Positions 8,391 to 14,420 of a DNA stretch of 14,420 bases are shown one piece after another. The position numbers were made by a program, and so were the translations under genes. The DNA is from Octopus sinensis. Its lineage: Eukaryota. The stretch covers positions 1 through 14,420 of the forward strand of contig NW_021825753.1 in assembly GCF_006345805.1 (NCBI RefSeq). The letters are read 5' to 3'. A model generated the notes under the pieces. It saw only the letters and a program-made list of their open reading frames with translations, was not told the origin of the DNA and ran no database searches. Positions within the stretch are counted from its first letter, which is position 1. Every line of letters starts with the position of its first letter.

Positions 8391-8442
8391 GATACATACG
8401 CACATGCGCGATAATGGCCGAAACCAATCTAAGTTATCTAAG

Positions 8443-8476
<34 letters not shown>

Positions 8477-8477
<1 letters not shown>

Positions 8478-8635
8478 AGCATGTGGCTATCTAGTAAGAA
8501 TTTTGCTTACTAACCTCGTAGTTCCGGGTTCAGTCCCACTGCGTGGTACCTTGAACAAGTATCTCGTACTATACCCCGGGCCGACTAAAGCCCTGCAAAT
8601 GGATTTGGAAGAAAGAAACTGAAAGAAGTCCGTCG
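8477..8635 (+). mobile_element. SINE family A, 5' half ending in an expanded TA/TG tract
   Basis: tagtaagaattttgcttactaacc...ccgggttcagtcccactgcgtgg...gaaactgaaagaagtccgtcg. No 3' half follows the microsatellite, which runs to about 8800. Confidence 0.88.
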
Positions 8636-8666
8636 CGCGTGTGTGTATGTATGTGCGTGCACGCGC

Positions 8667-8725
<59 letters not shown>

Positions 8726-8757
8726 ATATATTATATATATATGTCTGTGTGTGGTGT

Positions 8758-8803
<46 letters not shown>

Positions 8804-8978
8804 CCAAGAGAGTTAGAGTTGTTAATCCAACCAACTAAGGGATTAATATCTATCCAATATACTGCTGGTAGAATACCCAATTATTAATACACAAGTGTTT
8901 TTTCATTACATGGCAATTACAATACTGAATGTAATAAATAGGTGAGGGTAAAAAGTTGTTTTACCCTTAATTTATACG

Positions 8979-9353
8979 GCAATAAGAAAATGGAGGGGGT
9001 CAAGATGTGGTATTCATCAACTTTTAGACATTATGTTATGTCTATTTATCTATTTTTAAAAAAACCATTATAACAATATGCATGTATAACATATGCTTTA
9101 GATATACAATATATAAAAGCATAAAAGTACCAGTAATTATTAAAATATATAACGTAGAATTTAGGAAGTAGAATATATTCTACGTTATATATTTTAATAA
9201 TTACTGGTATTTTAATATTTATATATATATATATATGTAAAGTATATGTTTACATGTATGTACATCGTTTTAATGGTTTAAAAAAAAAAGACTTAATATA
9301 ATGTCTAAAAGTTGATGAATACCACCTCTTGATCCCCTCCATTTTCTTATTGC
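8979..9353. mobile_element. ~375-bp AT-rich palindromic (fold-back) element adjacent to (TA)n
   Basis: gcaataagaaaatggagggggtcaagatgtggtattcatcaacttttagac...aacgtagaat (8979-9160) is mirrored by 9177-9353 around a 16-nt loop. Confidence 0.85.
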
Positions 9354-9357
9354 AGTT

Positions 9358-9409
<52 letters not shown>

Positions 9410-9418
9410 ATATATATA

Positions 9419-9601
9419 GGGGGAGAATTCACAAAAACCCCCAAAAGACGAAAACAGGTGGTGTAGACAACAAGCAGATGTATGAGTATAACGCTCGTGA
9501 AGTAGAAAAATCATTAACGTTTCGAGCCTACGCTCTTCCACAGAAAGGGACACAGAAAGAAACAAGGAGAGAAAATAAAGAATGTGTATTGGCTAGCGAT
9601 C
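9419..9601 (-). mobile_element. Putative PLE-derived terminal fragment abutting (TA)n, containing a hammerhead-like motif
   Basis: It starts exactly at the edge of the TA tract and contains aacgtttcgagcctacgctcttccacag. The PLE origin is inferred from that motif. Confidence 0.5.
9513..9547 (-). ncRNA. Variant or degenerate minimal hammerhead-like motif
   Basis: CUUU CUGUGGA A GAGC-GUAG-GCUC GAAA CGUU AAUG: perfect 4-bp stem II and palindromic AACGUU, but the core is CUGUGGA rather than CUGANGA and stem I has a mismatch. Confidence 0.4.
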
Positions 9602-9644
9602 GTACGTACATATGTATGTGTGTGTGTATGCATGTATATGTGTG

Positions 9645-9850
9645 TATCGGCTGGGATTCGAGGGAGATTTGACTGCTTTTTGTATGAGATTGAGCAACAC
9701 TGGCTAATGTAGTTCTAGATTGTCCTAATAATAAACGGTGTGGTCACTGCTGGAATGCATTCGAATACAGTCCCCTAGCGAGCTCTTTGTTGTTATTTTC
9801 ATTATTATTTACTTAGTGATAGTGTTTAGCCCCTGGTCATCCTTTATCCA
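9645..9850. mobile_element. Fragments of repeat family C in mixed orientation
   Basis: 9660-9680 is direct and 9695-9769 is inverted relative to the 8214-8390 copy, and gtttagcccctggtca lies at about 9823-9838. Confidence 0.5.
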
Positions 9851-9952
9851 GTTGTCCTGTAATCAGAGTCGTTCCAGATATAACGAATATAGCGCTATAT
9901 TTCCCAATATTTCCACTTCTACTATCAGCTCTTTTCTTCCACACTTTCCATT

Positions 9953-10140
9953 CTGGCAGAATCGTTAGCACGTCGGACAAAATGCTTAGCGATAATCTTC
10001 CAGTTCCTTGCGCTCTGGGTTCAAATACCGCTGAGATCAACTTTGCTTTTGATCCTTTCGGGGTCGATACAATAACGTACCAGTGGAGTACATCCCTTCC
10101 TCTGAAATTGCTGGTCTTGTGCCAAAATTTGGAACCATTT
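9953..10140 (+). mobile_element. SINE family B monomer, diverged
   Basis: ctggcagaatcgttagcacgtcgg...gggttcaaatacc (B box)...tcctttcggggtcgatac...ggtcttgtgccaaaatttggaacc. Confidence 0.88.
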
Positions 10141-10620
10141 CTACCACTTTCATTCCCCAATTCTACGCTGCTTAATTTCTCTCTTCTAAATTCAACCTTT
10201 CTCTCTTCGTCCCCCATTTTCTCTCTTGCTCTCTCTGTCTCTGTCTGTCTCTCTCTCTCTCTCTCCATTTCCTAACCAGTCTGTCTCATACCCCAGCTAG
10301 TTCCCTTTCTAAACCCCGCTCCCTAATATTGTCAGACATATTTTTCCGAGAAACTCGTCGCCTCCAGTTATCTTCGACGCGACCATTATCAACCCGTCAC
10401 CTTTGAATTTACCACATAAACCGCCACCACGCCACAACCATCACAAACACAACCACAACCACCACCACCACCACCACCACCTCCGCCGCCGCCACCACTG
10501 CCTCCACAACATTCATCTCTCGCCACCATTTCTTACCTAAATGTTTTCTTGCAATCTTTTGCCACCATCTTTCGAGACGTTTCTTTTCTACCGCTAATCT
10601 TTATCGTTTCTACCACCACA

Positions 10621-10659
10621 TGCTGCTACTACTACTACTACTACTACTGCTGCTGCTGA

Positions 10660-10691
<32 letters not shown>

Positions 10692-10746
10692 ACTACTACT
10701 ACTACTACTGCTACTACTGCTACTGCTGCTGCTGCTGCTGCGGCTG

Positions 10747-10781
<35 letters not shown>

Positions 10782-10812
10782 GCTACTGCTGCTGCTGCGG
10801 CTGCTACTACTA

Positions 10813-10846
<34 letters not shown>

Positions 10847-10851
10847 GGCTG

Positions 10852-10883
<32 letters not shown>

Positions 10884-10986
10884 GCTACTGCTGCTGCTGC
10901 TGTGGCTGCTGCTGCTGTGGCTGCTGCTGCTGCTACTACTACTAATACTACTACTACTGCTACTGCTGCTGCTGCTACTACTACTA

Positions 10987-11035
<49 letters not shown>

Positions 11036-11055
11036 GGCTGCTACTGCTGCTGCTG
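10621..11055. repeat. Compound (CTA)n/(CTG)n trinucleotide array flanked by (CAC)n-rich DNA
   Basis: Alternating blocks, with gctgcggctgctactact recurring at about 10737, 10794 and 10842. Confidence 0.95.
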
Positions 11056-11348
11056 CATTTTCTATGAAACTTCACACCATCACCACCACAAACACCTTCC
11101 CCAACACCACAACTACTACCACCATGACCACCACCACTTTTACCATTACCACAACTATCTCTTTTGTAATGATTCCATCCTTTTTTTTTATCTCGAAGTT
11201 CAAATTTTTAAAAAATTAAATTTCGGCTTCCATCCATCCATCCATCCATCCATCCATCCAAACTAGAAAATACGTACCAGTTTATACTTGGATACCAGTA
11301 ATATACTTGGTAAATTTAAATCAGTTATATTCCTTCATCGTAGATAGT

Positions 11349-11390
11349 GTCACATGAAAGGTCACATGACAGGTAATTGTGTCACATGAC
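11349..11390. promoter_or_regulatory. Candidate homotypic cluster of three MiT/TFE or USF-type E-boxes (GTCACATGA[C])
   Basis: gtcacatga at 11349-11357, and gtcacatgac at 11361-11370 and 11381-11390. Motif match only. Confidence 0.3.
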
Positions 11391-11550
11391 AAGTAACTAT
11401 GGCAATATATTGCTTCTACCTTAGGTAATAAACAAAAAATATGGCGTACAAACAACAAACAACTGGTTTAATTTTTATCAGTTTTTCGTGCTTATGCAGG
11501 CATGATGAGATGGAAACTAATGTTCAAAACTTAGATATTTACCACATTCC

Positions 11551-11695
11551 AACACACGCACACACACACACACACACGCACACACACACATACAACACAC
11601 ACACATACACATACACACATACACATACACACATACACACATACAAACACACACACATACACACACACGCACACGCACACGCACACACAGACACG
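11551..11695. repeat. (CA)n microsatellite, imperfect
   Basis: Direct reading. Confidence 0.95.
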
Positions 11696-11739
11696 CATCG
11701 GTGTAGAAAAGAATCCTTCGTCTTACCATAAAGGTGTCT

Positions 11740-11808
11740 TTGCAAAGCCGGTACTTATCGGTTTCTTTTGCCGAACTATTAAGTCACGGGAACATAAACA
11801 CACCACCA
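11740..11808 (-). mobile_element. SINE family A, internal fragment
   Basis: The reverse complement ggtggtgtgtttatgttcccgtgacttaatagttcggcaaaagaaaccgataagtaccggc matches the A 3' half. Confidence 0.75.
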
Positions 11809-11820
11809 TTATTAAATGTG

Positions 11821-12191
11821 AGAACCGTTAGCACGCCGGGCGATTTGCTTAGCGGTATTTGTTACGTTCTGAGTTCAAATTCTGCCGAGGTCAATTTTGC
11901 CTTTCACCCTTTCGGGGTTGATAAATTAAGTACCAGTTACGCACTGGTGTCGATGTAATCGGCTTAATCCGTTTGTCTGTCCTTATTTGTCCCCTCTGTG
12001 TTTAGCCCCTTGTGGGTAGTAAAGAAATAGGTATTTCGTCTGACGTTACGTTCTGAGTTCAAATTCCGCTGAGGTCGACTTTGCCTTTCATCCTTTCGGG
12101 GTCGATTAAATAAGTACCAGTTACGCACTGGGGTCGATCTAATCGACCGCCCCTCCCCCAAAATGTTGGGCATTGTGCTTAGAATAGAAAA
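11821..12191 (+). mobile_element. SINE family B, dimeric form, slightly 5'-truncated
   Basis: Same architecture and same junction (aaagaaatag|gtatttcgtc at 12030/12031) as 6626-7020. Confidence 0.92.
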
Positions 12192-12201
12192 TCAACAGCA
12201 A

Positions 12202-12417
12202 GGCATCGAGCTGGCAGAAACGTTAGCACGCTGGGCAAATTGCTTAGCGATATTTCGTCTGTATTTACGTTCCGAGTTCAAATTCCGCCGAGGTCAACTT
12301 TGCCTGTACTCCTTTCGGGACGATAAATTAAGTACCAGTTCCATACTGGGGTCTATCTAATCGACCGGCCCCCTCCCCCAAAATTTCGGGCCTAGTGCCT
12401 AGAGTAGAAAAGAATAT
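12202..12417 (+). mobile_element. SINE family B monomer, full length
   Basis: ggcatcgagctggcagaaacgttagcacg...gagttcaaattccgccgagg...gcctagagtagaaaagaatatt. Confidence 0.92.
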
Positions 12418-12425
12418 TTACTACG

Positions 12426-12954
12426 TTTTACTTGTTTTACTCATTAGATGGCGGTCATGCTGGGGCACCGCTTTTAAGAAGTTTTAACAAAATCAATCGA
12501 CCCCAGCGCTTTATTTCTTTCAAGCCTTGTGCTTATTATATCGGTTACTATTTGTCGAACTGCTAAGTTACGGGAACACAGACACACCAATACCGATTGT
12601 CCAGCGGTGGTGGGGGATAAACAGAGACACACACACATACATATGTCTGTGTGTGTGTACACAGACATACACACAAACACACACACATATATATATATAT
12701 TATATATATGGCCATGTTGGGGAGTCGCTTTATATATATATGAGGCGGTGCCCCAGCATAGCCACAGTCACAAACATGTAAACGAAAATACGACAGGCTT
12801 TCTTCAGTTTATGTCTACCAAATCCATTGAGAAAGCATTAGTCGGCTCGATGCTATAGTAGTAGACACTTGCCCAAGGTGCCAAGCGGTGGAACTGAACC
12901 CGGAAACATGTAGTCGGGGAGCAAACGTCTTACCGCATAGCCATTCCTGCGTCT
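12426..12954 (-). mobile_element. SINE family A, full length, with a hairpin insert in its internal microsatellite
   Basis: Minus-strand head agacgcaggaatggctatgcggtaag...ccgggttcagttcc, body, CA/TA tract and 3' end ...aaacaagtaaaa. Confidence 0.92.
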
Positions 12955-13274
12955 AAGCTACTTTAAAATAAAATGATATGAAACAAACTTCTCATAACTA
13001 TAACTCCTCCCATCACAACTTTGTTATTTTCGCACTCCCTCCTCTCTCTCTCTGTCTCTCACTGTTATAATTTTTGTTCTATGCGCGTGTGTGTGTGTGC
13101 GTATGCGCGCGGGTGGTGGTTGTGCATGAATGTGACGTTTCTTTACACATTGCCTGCCACTAAGACTAGTATGTGCACTCATCCTACACCACTTTCAATG
13201 ACTGTCTGTGGAGGATTGAACTCGTGAAATAACCTGGCTTTCCGCATACAAATATGATATTATTTGGTTACCTG

Positions 13275-13366
13275 TTTTATATATCTATATATTATATATA
13301 TACATACATACATACAGATGTATATATGTATATATAATATATATATACATACATATATATATATGC

Positions 13367-13408
<42 letters not shown>

Positions 13409-13436
13409 TATATATATATAATATATATTATATATA
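13275..13436. repeat. (TA)n microsatellite, imperfect
   Basis: Direct reading. Confidence 0.95.
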
Positions 13437-13828
13437 TCATACAAAATTGGACAAGAACGCAAAACATCCGGAAAGCTAGGTGATACAAAAAGGGGCAAGA
13501 AAATATCCAGATAGACGATACAAAGAAAACAAAGACGGGTCATTCGAAGTTTTCTTTCCTCAATCAAGCACCGGATTATCCTCGCAATTTCGGCTGATTA
13601 TACTCGAGATTGCTCCAATCTAGCCAGCCCCAAGGAAAAACTAAGCTAAGATCATTAGATTCCTTGGAAGAAAGCAGCGAATGTATACAAAAACAAGGAC
13701 GGAAAAAAACGGACAATGTTGCACAAATACAAATACAATAAATATAATAACAAGACATAACAACAGGTGTCTTTCGACTAAGGTCGAATTGAATTAAGCT
13801 AGCGTGTGTGGAAATGCAGCCTTACGAA
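13437..13828. mobile_element. Interspersed repeat abutting (TA)n, possibly a PLE-derived terminus
   Basis: It begins at the TA edge (tcatacaaaattggacaagaacgc), has a degenerate duplication of its first ~45 bp and contains several stems. I recall it as a common octopus repeat; this is unverified. Confidence 0.45.
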
Positions 13829-14135
13829 AAACGCACATACACAACCATATACATGTATACATGCAGGCACGCATGCACACATATACATACATACGAAAAG
13901 GAAATGGTGTGATTGTGTATGCGTGTATGTGCGTATGTGTTTGTGTGCATGCGTGTATGTATGTGTGTGAGTGTGTGTATGTGGGTGTGTGTGCGTATGT
14001 GTGTGTATGAGTAAAACTTGGCCCTCGAAATACCCAAACGGATCGTAAGTTTTTAAAAACTTTTACGGGGTAGCATTAGACATCCATCGTTTCTGCCTGG
14101 CTTTCTGTTACCAGCTGACTTTCCAACAACCACCT

Positions 14136-14169
14136 TAATATATCTAAGACCATGGTCTTAGATATATTA
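14136..14169. repeat. Perfect 34-bp spacerless palindrome
   Basis: taatatatctaagacca|tggtcttagatatatta. Confidence 0.95.
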
Positions 14170-14344
14170 CGGCTGATAAACACAACAAAACAAAGCAAAG
14201 CCAAAAAGAAAATCAAAATCATACGAGACGGCCACGGCCGAAATACCTTTGATAAATCATTTCTGGCCTGTGGCTAAACTACAACAGCTCCGTTCCATTA
14301 TGATGTATGTGGTGTTTATCCGACTTACATTGTGGATATTATCC

Positions 14345-14405
14345 GCAGGTCAACAAACTACGAGCAAACACACCCATTATGAAAGGCATGACAGCCACGA
14401 CCATC
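14345..14405. mobile_element. Possible highly diverged family C fragment
   Basis: aaaggcatgacagccacgaccatc resembles gaatgcatttagccgtgaccactc at about 8261-8284. Confidence 0.3.
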
Positions 14406-14420
14406 TTGTATGTTAGAACT

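Noticed and set aside
9305-9330. TTGATGA in the third palindrome as a hammerhead core
   Set aside because: No GAAA element follows and no stems fit.
10620-11219. 199-aa Thr/Ala-rich mucin-like ORF
   Set aside because: Each amino-acid run uses a single codon, which marks a microsatellite, and there is no splice or domain context.
11500-11525. ATGATGA as a snoRNA C box or hammerhead core
   Set aside because: No downstream CTGA D box or terminal stem, and no stem II before GAAAC.
11821-12417. Repeated SINE B cores as a CRISPR-like or regular array
   Set aside because: The repeated units are SINE monomers with no unique equal-length spacers and no cas genes.
14211-14253. Hammerhead-like atcaaa...catacga-gac-ggccacggcc-gaaa-tacc-tttgat
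   Set aside because: The core matches only 5 of 7 positions, and there is no stem III or NUH triplet.

Overview
Non-coding, repeat-saturated, AT-rich eukaryotic DNA. It is most likely an octopus (cephalopod) intron or intergenic region, judged from my recollection of the SINE families and not from a search. I cannot support any protein-coding gene: the supplied ORFs are translations of microsatellites and SINEs. The window holds about 15 copies or fragments of two tRNA-derived SINE families (called A and B here), fragments of a third interspersed repeat (C), a mariner-derived MITE and many long microsatellites. The strongest unexplained signal is a set of mutually unrelated local fold-back or inverted duplications (103-438, 885-1389, 8979-9353, 4893-5047/5775-5928, 2477-2960/3954-4378, plus 56-bp and 34-bp hairpins). 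One of them carries a near-canonical minimal type I hammerhead ribozyme of the Penelope-like-element (PLE) kind at 1035-1098 on the minus strand, and the opposite arm lacks exactly that catalytic core. A second, variant hammerhead-like motif lies at 9513-9547 (-). My working interpretation is an inference: PLE-derived, ribozyme-bearing fold-back remnants, some of which land in or beside (TA)n tracts.
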